Positions 52,455 to 61,691 of a stretch of 64,000 bases of DNA are shown here, piece by piece; position 1 is the first letter of the stretch; each line of letters opens with the position of its first letter. Source of the stretch: Verrucomicrobiia bacterium. Its GTDB lineage: Bacteria; Verrucomicrobiota; Verrucomicrobiia; Limisphaerales; DASXHY01. The notes under the pieces were generated by a model. It saw only the letters and a program-made list of their open reading frames with translations, was not told the DNA's origin and did no database searches. The stretch is from NCBI GenBank assembly GCA_035629175.1, contig DASPIL010000001.1, forward strand, positions 65,318-129,317, given 5' to 3'. A program made the translations under genes and the position numbers.

Positions 52455-55181
52455 ATGATGCGCCAGATGATGAGGACCTTAGCATCGCTTTTCGTTGCCG
52501 CGTCATGCATTGGTTCGGCCCTCAGCAGCAGCGCGGAACTCGCCGTCTACGATTTGCGTTGTGAAAATGCGGGGCGTCCGCGGGGAGTCGATGTGCCACA
52601 GCCGCGCTTCTCCTGGAAATTGAAAAGCAGCGAGCGCGCGCAGCGGCAGGTTGCCTGGCAGATGCTCGCCGCCAGTGCGCCTGAGCTTCTTGCGCGGGAG
52701 CAGGGTGATCTTTGGGACAGCGGACGGGTGCAATCGGATCAACAGCTGCATGTCGCGTACGAAGGAAAACCGCTGCAGTCACTCCAGGCGGTCTTCTGGA
52801 AAATGCGCGTGTGGGACGCTGAGAATCGGGTTTCCCAATGGAGTGCGCCGGCGACGTTCACGACCGGGTTTATGAACGAACGCGAGTGGACGGCACATTG
52901 GATTGAAGCTCCGTTCACGAATCAAACGCTGCTGCTGCGCCGCGAGTTTCAACTGAAGGCAGGCATTGAGCGTGCCGTGGCGGTCGTGTGCGGACTCGGC
53001 CAATATGAATTGACTGTGAACGGCAACAGAAGCGGCGAGAATCTGCTTTCACCGGGCTGGACAAAGTACGATCGCACCTGCCTGTACGAAATGCATGACG
53101 TCACCTCGTTGCTGCGCGCCGGAACGAATGTTGTCGGTATCGAGCTGGCAGGCGGAATGTATCGGGTGACAGGCGGCCGTTATGTGAAGTTCACAGGATC
53201 GTTCGGGCCGCTGAAGGCCATCGCTGAACTTCACCTTCAGTATTCCGATGGAACAGAGGAACGCATCGTCACGGATAATCAATGGCGTGTGCGATCTGGA
53301 CCGATCACGTTTTCGTGCGTGTATGGCGGCGAAGACCACGACGCGCGGATGGAACCCAGGGGATGGGATTCCGCCGGCTTTGATGACACCGAGTGGACGG
53401 CTGCCCTGATTGCAGAGGGACCGGGAGGCGTGCTGCGCGGGCATTCCGCATCGGCACCGCCCATCCGGCAGATCGAGACACTGGTTCCGATTTCAAACCG
53501 GGTAATTTCAAACGGGCTCGTTGTTTATGACCTCGGGCAGAACGCGTCACTCATGCCGCGCATTCGGGTTCGCGGTGGGGCGGGAAGTGTCGTGCGGATT
53601 ATCCCGGCTGAGTTGATAAAACCCGACGGAACCGTTGACCGTGGATCGGTTGCTCTGGGGCGTCCTGCGTGGTGGCAATACACGCTGCGCGGTGTGGCGA
53701 GCGAAGAGTGGTTTCCGAAATTCTTTTATCATGGCGCTCGCTACCTGCAGGTGGAAATGAAAGCGGCGGAACGTGGCGGCGCGCTGCCTCAGCTGGAATC
53801 CATTGTCGCGCATGTGGTGCATTCGACAGCCGAAACCACGGGCGAGTTCGAATGCTCCAATCTGCTGTTCAACCGGGTCCGCTCCCTCGTGCGCTGGGCG
53901 CAGCGCAGCAACATGGCGAGCGTGCTGACAGATTGCCCCCACCGCGAGCGGCTGGGCTGGCTCGAGCAGTATCATCTGAACGGCCCGTCCCTGCGTTACG
54001 AATTTGATCTGAACCAAATGTTCACGAAGGGGATGAACGACATGCAGGATTGCCAGTTGCCGAATGGCTGCGTTCCCAGCACAGCGCCTGAGTATACGAT
54101 TTTCGGCAGAGGCCCTGACGACGTTTCGAACGCGTTCCGGAATTCTCCCGAGTGGGGCAGCGCTGTTGTGCTCGTCCCCTGGCAGCAATACCAGTTCGCA
54201 GGCGACGTCGACTTGATGCGACGCCACTACGACGCCATGCGGCGGTACGTTGCTTATCTCGCGAGCACGGCGACCAATGGCATCGTGTCATTTGGGCTCG
54301 GCGATTGGTATGACATCGGCCCGAAGGCGCCGGGTTTCGCGCAGTTGACACCGATACCGCTGACGGCGACCGCATTTTATTTTGAGGTCAACCGCGTCAT
54401 GTCTGAAGTGTCCCGCGTCTTGGGACGGCTGGACGATTCCACGTTTTTTGACATCCAAGCCCAAAGTATTCGCAAGGCGTTCAATCGTGAATTCTTTGAT
54501 CCAACGAAGCGGCAGTACGCCACGGGTTCGCAATGCGCCAACGCTGTGCCGCTTGTCATGAACCTGGTCGAACCCGAACACCGTGCTGCTGTGGTTGAGG
54601 CGCTGGTTCAGGACGTGCGCTCGAGAACCAATTCGGTGACTGCGGGCGACGTCGGCTATCGGTATGTGCTCCGCGCGCTTGCCGACGCTGGCCGGTCGGA
54701 TGTCATCTTCGCCCTGAACAACCAATCGGATCGGCCCGGCTACGGCTACCAATTGAAGATGGGCGCAACCAGCTTGACCGAGGCGTGGAACGCGCGGCGC
54801 GGATCTTCACAAAATCACTTCATGCTGGGACAGATCATGGAATGGTTTTATCACGATCTTGCTGGCATCGGATTGGATCCCGCGCGGCCAGGATTCAAGA
54901 ATGTCCTGATCCGGCCGCAACCCGTTGCCGGCCTCACGTGGGCCCGGGCGAAATACGACGGTGTTCGCGGCGAGGTGAGCAGCAGTTGGCGGCGGGAGGG
55001 GAACCGATTTCAACTGGAGATTACCGTTCCGCCAAATTCTACCGCGACGGTCTGGGTTCCCGGCAATCAGGCGCGGGCCACTGGCGCCGGCACCCAATGG
55101 GTGCGAACCGAGCGTGGGAACAGGGATGGATCGCAGTTCAGCGTCCCGAGCGGGGCCTACACGTTTGAATCACGGTTGTGA
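52455..55181 (+). CDS. Alpha-L-rhamnosidase, glycoside hydrolase family 78
   Basis: PRFSWKLKS...QVAWQMLAAS...LWDSGRVQSDQQLHVAYEGKPLQS...FWKMRVWD is the classic GH78 N-terminal pattern. The catalytic region contains DCPHRERLGWLE. Confidence 0.85.
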   Translation: MMRQMMRTLASLFVAASCIGSALSSSAELAVYDLRCENAGRPRGVDVPQPRFSWKLKSSERAQRQVAWQMLAASAPELLAREQGDLWDSGRVQSDQQLHVAYEGKPLQSLQAVFWKMRVWDAENRVSQWSAPATFTTGFMNEREWTAHWIEAPFTNQTLLLRREFQLKAGIERAVAVVCGLGQYELTVNGNRSGENLLSPGWTKYDRTCLYEMHDVTSLLRAGTNVVGIELAGGMYRVTGGRYVKFTGSFGPLKAIAELHLQYSDGTEERIVTDNQWRVRSGPITFSCVYGGEDHDARMEPRGWDSAGFDDTEWTAALIAEGPGGVLRGHSASAPPIRQIETLVPISNRVISNGLVVYDLGQNASLMPRIRVRGGAGSVVRIIPAELIKPDGTVDRGSVALGRPAWWQYTLRGVASEEWFPKFFYHGARYLQVEMKAAERGGALPQLESIVAHVVHSTAETTGEFECSNLLFNRVRSLVRWAQRSNMASVLTDCPHRERLGWLEQYHLNGPSLRYEFDLNQMFTKGMNDMQDCQLPNGCVPSTAPEYTIFGRGPDDVSNAFRNSPEWGSAVVLVPWQQYQFAGDVDLMRRHYDAMRRYVAYLASTATNGIVSFGLGDWYDIGPKAPGFAQLTPIPLTATAFYFEVNRVMSEVSRVLGRLDDSTFFDIQAQSIRKAFNREFFDPTKRQYATGSQCANAVPLVMNLVEPEHRAAVVEALVQDVRSRTNSVTAGDVGYRYVLRALADAGRSDVIFALNNQSDRPGYGYQLKMGATSLTEAWNARRGSSQNHFMLGQIMEWFYHDLAGIGLDPARPGFKNVLIRPQPVAGLTWARAKYDGVRGEVSSSWRREGNRFQLEITVPPNSTATVWVPGNQARATGAGTQWVRTERGNRDGSQFSVPSGAYTFESRL

Positions 55182-55910
55182 TCGAGGAAGCGTCTGGACC
55201 TGGGTTCTGACGGACGTTTCGATGTCCTTGATCTGCCGTTCGAAATAGTCCTTCGCAATGGTGTTGGGGCTGATCGAAAGTTTTCCCCCGCTTCGCAGCC
55301 AGATCATGAAGAGGATTGCGTAGGCATCGCCTTCTGACTTCACGTCCTTGAACACCTGGTTCTCCATGCCCACGGCGATTTCGCTGTTGCGGGTCTGGTC
55401 GGCAAGGTCGATGAATCGGGCCTTGCCCAGTGAGAGGTTCAGGACGTCGATTCCATCAAACTCCAGATCCCCGAGCAACTGTTCCGCAGCCCCGGCTTTC
55501 CGCCGCCCCGTTCGCTTGTCGGTATCGCTTACGAACAGAAGGAGGTTTGTTTTTCCCGCTTCATTGCGAACGATATTGATTTCGCCAAGGTTAAAACGAA
55601 CCAGCTTCAATCGCAGGCGCCTCTGCGCAACAGCCACGGGATCCACCTCGACGTGCAGTTCGGGAATGCGCAGGAACAGGGTGCCGCCAAACTCGGCGGT
55701 GTTGTAGAGCTTGAGATCCTCGATCGTGACGGTGGAAGAAACAATTCCCGTGGAAAGTTTCCCGATCCGCGCCTCCATTCCGGTTTCATTGCGGATCCGA
55801 TTTTCGAGAACCATCGTCCAGATAGAATCCTTGAAGGCGAAGAAGAGAACGACCAGGACCACAAAAATGATCGCCAGGCGAAAACACCATTTGAACAGCC
55901 AGCGGATCAT
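55170..55910 (-). CDS. Membrane-anchored hypothetical protein
   Basis: 246 aa with an N-terminal TM (FRLAIIFVVLVVLFFAF) and a beta-rich remainder. Convergent with the GH78 gene, overlapping it by 12 nt. Confidence 0.55.
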   Translation of the reverse strand: MIRWLFKWCFRLAIIFVVLVVLFFAFKDSIWTMVLENRIRNETGMEARIGKLSTGIVSSTVTIEDLKLYNTAEFGGTLFLRIPELHVEVDPVAVAQRRLRLKLVRFNLGEINIVRNEAGKTNLLLFVSDTDKRTGRRKAGAAEQLLGDLEFDGIDVLNLSLGKARFIDLADQTRNSEIAVGMENQVFKDVKSEGDAYAILFMIWLRSGGKLSISPNTIAKDYFERQIKDIETSVRTQVQTLPRSQP

Positions 55911-55983
55911 TGTGAACGGGAAATGGCCAGGGCGGGCTCCGGCTGTTGCGGGGCCACACGAGCGTTGATGCAGCGGGCCGGAG

Positions 55984-56604
55984 TCACAGCAGCACGTCCT
56001 CCGGTCTCACCTCCAGGCATTCGTCCTGATCCTCCCAGACTATTGCTGGATAAAAATCGAGAAGGCGTGATGAAATTTGGCCGCCCGCGCGCACGAGCAA
56101 CGCCTCCGCCTGTTTCGCAGCGTTCTCGAATGCATGGTCATAACTGCCGGCACTCTTGCGCTGTCGATCGTCCCAGTGAGCCACAGCATGGATTGGGGCG
56201 TATTGGGTGGCCCAGGTTTCGATCGATTCGCGGACGGTCTCGGGGATTTCATCGACCGGGACGAGCGTGTCATTGCAGTGCTGGCAAATCAGGCCGGTGT
56301 CGCGGACGTCACGAGTCAGCAGCGGAAGGAACGGGGCGCGGCAGCACGGGGATTCCGAATAGGCGGAGGGCGGTGTGGCGAGGCGCTTGAACCAAATCTG
56401 CCGATCATGAGCCAGTTGGGCGGCGAGCCGATACGCCCCGAGCAGCGGGTGAGAAAGGCGCCAAACCTTGCCTTCGAGCTGGCCGAGTGTCTGTGCCAGC
56501 CAGCGTGCCAGGGTGAGGTCATCAAAATCCCGAAAGACCGTGCCGTATTCCTTCCAAAGCAGGTCGAGCGGAGATTCCGGGTTGTTTGCCATCGCGCGCA
56601 TCAT
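55984..56604 (-). CDS. Hypothetical protein with CC...CxxC motif
   Basis: Start trimmed to MMRAMANNPES (56604; alternatives 56601 and 56592). The upstream part of track ORF 55984-56778 is covered by a dispersed repeat copy. Confidence 0.55.
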   Translation of the reverse strand: MMRAMANNPESPLDLLWKEYGTVFRDFDDLTLARWLAQTLGQLEGKVWRLSHPLLGAYRLAAQLAHDRQIWFKRLATPPSAYSESPCCRAPFLPLLTRDVRDTGLICQHCNDTLVPVDEIPETVRESIETWATQYAPIHAVAHWDDRQRKSAGSYDHAFENAAKQAEALLVRAGGQISSRLLDFYPAIVWEDQDECLEVRPEDVLL

Positions 56605-56646
56605 GACGTTGAATGCCCAGTTTGTCGAGGCACCCCGCGAAGGAGA

Positions 56647-56745
56647 GTGCTCTTCAGGACGCTTCAGCGCGACAGGCGCGAACGCGCCGGCAAATTCCAA
56701 CGCATCCCGCTGGCGACCACCAAAGCGGCACGAATGCGGCGCGCC
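56647..56745 (+). repeat. Dispersed repeat, copy B (about 100 nt)
   Basis: GTGCTCTTCAGGACGCTTCAGCGCGA...GGCAAATTCCAACGCATCCCGCTGGCGACCACCAAAGCGG aligns by eye at roughly 75-80 percent with 59231-59325, in the same orientation. Confidence 0.6.
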
Positions 56746-56829
56746 TGCTTTAGAATTCCCGAAACATTGACTTGTCAAACCGGGGCGGCGGAATGCGACT
56801 CTTTGCTTGTGCTGAAAAGACAGACGTGG

Positions 56830-58035
56830 ATGCGGTTACTGCTCGCCTGTTCTGTGGGGCTGAGCGCGTGTCTTGCCGCGCTCGCGCTCCATCATGAACG
56901 CCCCGTTCGGACCGAAAGATCGACCATCGCCAATGCGCAGGTTCAAGGAACAATCAGTCCTGCGGCGCAACGCGTCGTCGCGGTTGTGCTCACGAACCGC
57001 TTTCATTGGAGCCAAGTCGAATCGACAAACTATCTCGAATTCGTGAGCAACCTTCGCTCGATTCGATGTCCGGAACGAACTGTCGCGGACATCCTGCGAG
57101 GCGAGGTGAATGAGGAATATCGAATCCGCGAGGAGGCGCTCACACTGGAGATTCCGTTTTGGGCCGCGGGGCGGCAACGCAGGGAAGCAGAGCGCCGGAA
57201 CCGCCAACAGCGGCGGATCCTTGCTGAAGAGCGAGCCCGGATTTTTCAGGAAACCGGCATTGAGGATCGCTCCGCTGATTTTCAAGAGGATCGGATCGTC
57301 GGGTACGCGCTCGTGCGCTTCCTGTTGGGGCCCGCCACGGATGAAAAAGTGCAGCAATTGATCGCTTGCATGGATCGATTTTCCCGCTGGAGCGATGAGT
57401 TCCACGAGCGCACGGGCGGAGTGTGGACGACGGAAGACAAACACGAATCAGGCGTGCTGAACGATCGATTCGTGCGCGAACTCGGGAATCTTCTCAGCCC
57501 GTTGGAACTGCAGGAATTCAAGGCTCGGGCCGCGACCCTGGATTGGTGGGGCAATTCAATTGTGGCAGAAGCCGTTTCCCTGAACCCGTTGGAATTTCGT
57601 CAGATGGCATTGTTGAAGGCCGAGGGGACAGCGTTCTCCGGGTGGTTCGGCTTGGAGGCCGAGGCTGATCCCGTTGAAGACGCGGCTCGGGAGAGTGCCT
57701 TCACCAACGGCGTCGCCAGCTTGCTCGGGCCGGAGCGCTTCACAGCTTTTGTCCGCGCGTCGGACGAGCGTTTCTCGCCTATTCACGAATTTGCGAAGGA
57801 ACACGCGCTGCCCCAGGAAACCGCAGTGCAACTCTATGAGGTTCGCAAGCTTGCTGCAGAAGAACGGGAGCGCATTAAAGCTGCCGGCGCAGTGGATAAC
57901 GAAGCGAGCAGGGAACGCATGGCCCAGATCGAATCGGAAGTGCGTGAGGCGGCTGCGACTCTGTTGAGCAGCGAAGCGTTTGAACAGTTCCTCGAAAGCG
58001 GTGCGTCGTGGGTGACGAACGCGAGTGACTTATGA
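56830..58035 (+). CDS. Single-TM helical-repeat protein, paralog 1
   Basis: Start trimmed to MRLLLACSVGLSACLAALAL. It shares the motif W-x-x-x-ES-T-x-Y-x-x-[FY]-V-x-NLRSI-x-CPERT-[VI]-A-x-IL with the next gene. Confidence 0.7.
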   Translation: MRLLLACSVGLSACLAALALHHERPVRTERSTIANAQVQGTISPAAQRVVAVVLTNRFHWSQVESTNYLEFVSNLRSIRCPERTVADILRGEVNEEYRIREEALTLEIPFWAAGRQRREAERRNRQQRRILAEERARIFQETGIEDRSADFQEDRIVGYALVRFLLGPATDEKVQQLIACMDRFSRWSDEFHERTGGVWTTEDKHESGVLNDRFVRELGNLLSPLELQEFKARAATLDWWGNSIVAEAVSLNPLEFRQMALLKAEGTAFSGWFGLEAEADPVEDAARESAFTNGVASLLGPERFTAFVRASDERFSPIHEFAKEHALPQETAVQLYEVRKLAAEERERIKAAGAVDNEASRERMAQIESEVREAAATLLSSEAFEQFLESGASWVTNASDL

Positions 58036-59204
58036 GCCTGAAGCATTGGTTGCTCCTCTCCGGGCTCGTGAATGCCGTCCTGCTCACGGTCGTGTGGCAT
58101 CAAAGACGCATGCCGTCTGTCGGTCCAGAGCCTGCCGAGACTCGCCATGCGAGTGCGATGGCCGATAGCGAGGCGGCGCGTCCGGGTATTTCGATGTTCG
58201 TGACGAACCAGGTGACTGCCTCCTTTGCGTGGGCGGAATTGGAGTCGACCGATTACCGGGCTTACGTTGCGAACCTTCGCAGCATCGGCTGTCCCGAACG
58301 AACGATCGCCCACATTCTTCGCGCCGATCTCCACGACGTTTTCGAGCAACGGATCAACGCCCTGGTTGATTCTGTATCGGGAAAATTTTGGGAGTTGGTG
58401 ACCAAGCCTGGGGAAATGGAGGCGATGCTCGGTGCAAAGTATAATGAGCTGCAGGCGTTGGATGATGAGCGAAAAAGAATGCTGGCCGAACTTCTGGGGC
58501 GGCCTGATGAGGAGAAGCGGCTGGATCGGCACATCGCGGCCATGCAGCGCGCCCGCGAACTTGATTTCCTGCCCGATGAAAAGGTCCAGGCAGTTGTTGA
58601 GATCGAGGCGCAGTTTCAGAAGGAGTTTCTCGCGAACGTTGAGGATCATGACCTGCCCGAAGCGGAAATGCGAACGCGGCAGGAGGCTGCCGAGGAGCGC
58701 CGGAAAAATAGAATCCGGGAACTCCTGACGGCGGAGGAATACACAGAATACGAACTTCGTTCGAGTGACGCGGCCGGAACGGCCCGGTACCAACTCCAGA
58801 ACCTCGAGATCAGCGAAGCCGAGGCGCGTCAGTTGGCGACGTTACAGAAGGAGCCTGAAGCGGACCGCCGGGCCGCCGAACTGTTGGGCGAGGAACGATA
58901 TGCGATGTATCAAAGAACAAGCGATCGCTTCTATCGTGAGGCGCTGGAAGTGATGGACCGTCATGAACTTCCGGAAGAAAAAGCGATCGAGATTCACGAC
59001 ATGCAACGGGCGGCACAACGCGTCGCGGGCGAAATCCGTTCCAACGCCGATCTTACGCCCGCTGAGCGGGAGTCGCTGCTCGCAAAGGTGCGCGAGGAAA
59101 CGGCGAAAAGCATTTCGGCGGCTTTGGGACCCGGCGTCTTCGACACGTATGAGTCGCATGCTGGTGATTGGTTGAATGAATTGTTGAACAATGGCGAGGA
59201 GTGA
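58032..59204 (+). CDS. Single-TM helical-repeat protein, paralog 2
   Basis: 390 aa with N-terminal TM (HWLLLSGLVNAVLLTVVW) and the motif WAELESTDYRAYVANLRSIGCPERTIAHIL. Its start overlaps the stop of paralog 1 by 4 nt. Confidence 0.75.
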   Translation: MSLKHWLLLSGLVNAVLLTVVWHQRRMPSVGPEPAETRHASAMADSEAARPGISMFVTNQVTASFAWAELESTDYRAYVANLRSIGCPERTIAHILRADLHDVFEQRINALVDSVSGKFWELVTKPGEMEAMLGAKYNELQALDDERKRMLAELLGRPDEEKRLDRHIAAMQRARELDFLPDEKVQAVVEIEAQFQKEFLANVEDHDLPEAEMRTRQEAAEERRKNRIRELLTAEEYTEYELRSSDAAGTARYQLQNLEISEAEARQLATLQKEPEADRRAAELLGEERYAMYQRTSDRFYREALEVMDRHELPEEKAIEIHDMQRAAQRVAGEIRSNADLTPAERESLLAKVREETAKSISAALGPGVFDTYESHAGDWLNELLNNGEE

Positions 59205-59230
59205 TGGCGCCCCTTTCAACTGCGGAGCGC

Positions 59231-59325
59231 GTGCCTTCAGGCCGCTTCAACGCGAAAGAGCGCGCGGGTCAGGCAAGTTCCAACGCGCCACGCTGGTGAC
59301 CGCTGAAGCGGAGTAAACAGCGCCT
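59231..59325 (+). repeat. Dispersed repeat, copy A (about 95 nt)
   Basis: GTGCCTTCAGGCCGCTTCAACGCGA...GGCAAGTTCCAACGCGCCACGCTGGTGACCGCTGAAGCGG. Internal inverted ends CCGCTTCA ... TGAAGCGG. Confidence 0.6.
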
Positions 59326-59341
59326 CGAATGAAGCCCGCGT

Positions 59342-61363
59342 CTACCTCCCTGCAATGCGGGCCGCGGCTGATGGAATCGCGATCGCCGGCCGCTTCGGCA
59401 ACGGCGCGGATTCATCTAGGTAGAAACTTGGATGCGGCGGCTGGTTGTACGCGACGTTCTGCCACGCAATTGCACAACGATACTGCGCGTCATGCATCAA
59501 CGTGAACAGCCGATGCTCGGTGGGAATTGTGGTGGTGTAAATCCTGAGTTCCCGGCTGTCTGGCGTGCGCCAGATAATTTCCTCGCGCCAGTCTCCGAGG
59601 ATATCCCCGCTCAGCACAGGTGTCGCCTTGGTGCCGTTGATGGACGTGGCTCCATGCGCCGCCAGCAGTATCCTCTCATTACCCTCCTTCCAGTTCCATT
59701 TCGAGACCTGGTTGCGATCCAGCAACTCGCGCAACAGGTCGCCATCCCACCACACTGCGAAATTGCACGAGCGCGGCGTGCGTTCCGCGATGCGTTTTCC
59801 GGCTGCGCTGTAAAGACCGGTGATCCCGGCGCCGAATGCCCAACTCTCATTTCCCGGATGGCGGGGATCGATGTTGAATGAAGCTCCGCGGCCTGGGCCT
59901 TCGCCCGCATCACTGCCTTCCGTTTCATTTTGCACCGATGGCACCAGGAGCAGTGGTTTGCCAGTCCTGGCGTCCCGCAGGTTCATGCCCTCTTTCGCGA
60001 AGCGTTCTTGAATGCTGAGAATCTCCAGGCCGCGGTTGCGTGGATTCAAATCCGAAACGTGCAGCGCATCGCCGTGTCCCCAACCTGTCGAGTAAAGCCC
60101 CTTGCCATTGTCATCAACGACCATCGCGCCATAAATAATCTCATCCCGGCCATCCCCGTCCACATCGGCGACGCTGACATTGTGGTTGCCCTGGCCGCGG
60201 TATTTCCGGTTTTCCGGCGTGGCATCGCTGTCGAACACCCAACGTTGAGAGAGTTTGCCATCGCGCCAATCCCATGCGGCCAGCACGGATCGCGTGTAGT
60301 AACCGCGGCACATGATCAGGCTCGGACGCTGGCCGTCGAGGTAAGCCACGCAGGCGAGGTAGCGTTCGGACCGATTGCCATTGTCATCACCCCAAATTTC
60401 CCTCAGTTCGCCGGGACCAGGATCCTGCTTTGCAGGATGACGGCTGGGAACGTAATTCACTGTTGCGAGGGCGGCTCCCGTTTGTCCGTCAAACACGGTG
60501 AGAAACTCAGGCCCGCGGGCGATTCGACCCTGCGCGTTCACATGATTCGCCTCTGCGTCGCCGATGGTTTTCCCAGCGCCATCGATTGTTCCATCAGCGG
60601 TCTTGCATGCGATCTCAGCGCGTCCGTCGCCATCGAGGTCGTAAACCATGAACTGTGTGTAATGCGCTCCCGCGCGGATGTTTTTACCGAGATGAATCTG
60701 CCACATGAGCGTTCCATCCCATTTATACGCCTGCAGGATTGGGGGATCGGTCGGGCCGTTCTGCCCGTTATCGCGCGCCCGGCCATTCTGAATCAGAACG
60801 ATCTCATATTCTCCGTCGCCATCGAGATCGCCGACGGACCCATCGGCAGCGCTGTAGCCTTCAATAGGTTTCAATGGAATCGACAGGTAGGGGAGGGGAA
60901 GGGCGCCGGGTTGGAACACAAAGGGGGTTCCAGCGTCACCCTCCTGGCTGTTCACCACGGGGCGGACGAAATAAGTCGTGCGGGCGGTGAGATTGGCCTC
61001 GGCATCGACGAACCAGGTGGGACCAGTCAGCGGCGTGGCGTTGAGCTTGATGGGCTCATCTCGTGGAGGCTCATTTGTAGAGCCTCGGGGTCTGCCGCCA
61101 AAACCCCGTCCGAAGCCGCGTCCGGGCAAAGGGTCGGTCTTGCGATAGACATTGAATGCGGTTTTTTCAGGGTCCGTCGCGAGCAGGCGCCAGCTGATAA
61201 AAACCTTCCCGTCCGGCTGATGCACGCCGACAACGCCGCGGCCAAGGTTTTCAAGCTGGCGTTGCGCGGGAACTGAAGCGGCGAACAGGAGAACAATGAG
61301 CAGGCAGGCTGGTCTGAGGAAACGAGCAATGGTGGCGGCAAACCAGCGGGACGGGATCATCAT
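59342..61363 (-). CDS. Rhamnogalacturonan lyase, PL11-like (beta-propeller with FG-GAP/Ca-binding repeats)
   Basis: N-terminus QLENLGRGVVGVHQPDGKVFISWRLLATDPEKTAFNVYR and repeats GDLDGDGEYEIVL, VYDLDYDGRAEI-like (VYDLDGDGRAEIACK) and VADVDGDGRDEII resemble YesW/YesX-type lyases. Confidence 0.75.
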   Translation of the reverse strand: MMIPSRWFAATIARFLRPACLLIVLLFAASVPAQRQLENLGRGVVGVHQPDGKVFISWRLLATDPEKTAFNVYRKTDPLPGRGFGRGFGGRPRGSTNEPPRDEPIKLNATPLTGPTWFVDAEANLTARTTYFVRPVVNSQEGDAGTPFVFQPGALPLPYLSIPLKPIEGYSAADGSVGDLDGDGEYEIVLIQNGRARDNGQNGPTDPPILQAYKWDGTLMWQIHLGKNIRAGAHYTQFMVYDLDGDGRAEIACKTADGTIDGAGKTIGDAEANHVNAQGRIARGPEFLTVFDGQTGAALATVNYVPSRHPAKQDPGPGELREIWGDDNGNRSERYLACVAYLDGQRPSLIMCRGYYTRSVLAAWDWRDGKLSQRWVFDSDATPENRKYRGQGNHNVSVADVDGDGRDEIIYGAMVVDDNGKGLYSTGWGHGDALHVSDLNPRNRGLEILSIQERFAKEGMNLRDARTGKPLLLVPSVQNETEGSDAGEGPGRGASFNIDPRHPGNESWAFGAGITGLYSAAGKRIAERTPRSCNFAVWWDGDLLRELLDRNQVSKWNWKEGNERILLAAHGATSINGTKATPVLSGDILGDWREEIIWRTPDSRELRIYTTTIPTEHRLFTLMHDAQYRCAIAWQNVAYNQPPHPSFYLDESAPLPKRPAIAIPSAAARIAGR

Positions 61364-61476
61364 GGGCCTTTCGACGCTGCAGGACGCCGCGCGGTTGCGC
61401 CAATCCTGACACCAGAAGTGGGGATGGCGGAACTGAGCGGCGCGGAAATAACCGGGGACCGCATTTCAAAACCAGC

Positions 61477-61507
61477 CGACCAGTCTCCCTCTCTTCCATT
61501 CGGAATG
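61477..61507. repeat. Strong imperfect palindrome / REP-like hairpin
   Basis: CCCTCTCTTCCATT-CGG-AATGGAGGAGAGGG forms a stem of about 14 bp (one G-U) in the divergent intergenic region between the PL11 and Aas-like genes. Confidence 0.5.
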
Positions 61508-61691
61508 GAGGAGAGGGCTGGGGAGAGGAGGAGCTTTTGACCTCACGAACGAGGGCGCGCGCAGGTGATATCATAGCACCCTCTCCCGCTCCTGGGTCGC
61601 AGGCGAGGGACGAAACGCGCACGCGGATCGATGTAGTCCCGGTTTTTTTCGATTCGGCTTTGCAAAGTCGCGCAAGTAGTCTTCGGCCGAA

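Noticed and set aside
56605-56778. N-terminal extension of minus-strand ORF 55984-56778.
   Set aside because: This region coincides with dispersed repeat copy B, and its peptide (…ALKRPEEHSPS…) recurs as a repeat-derived pseudo-peptide at 59053-59250.
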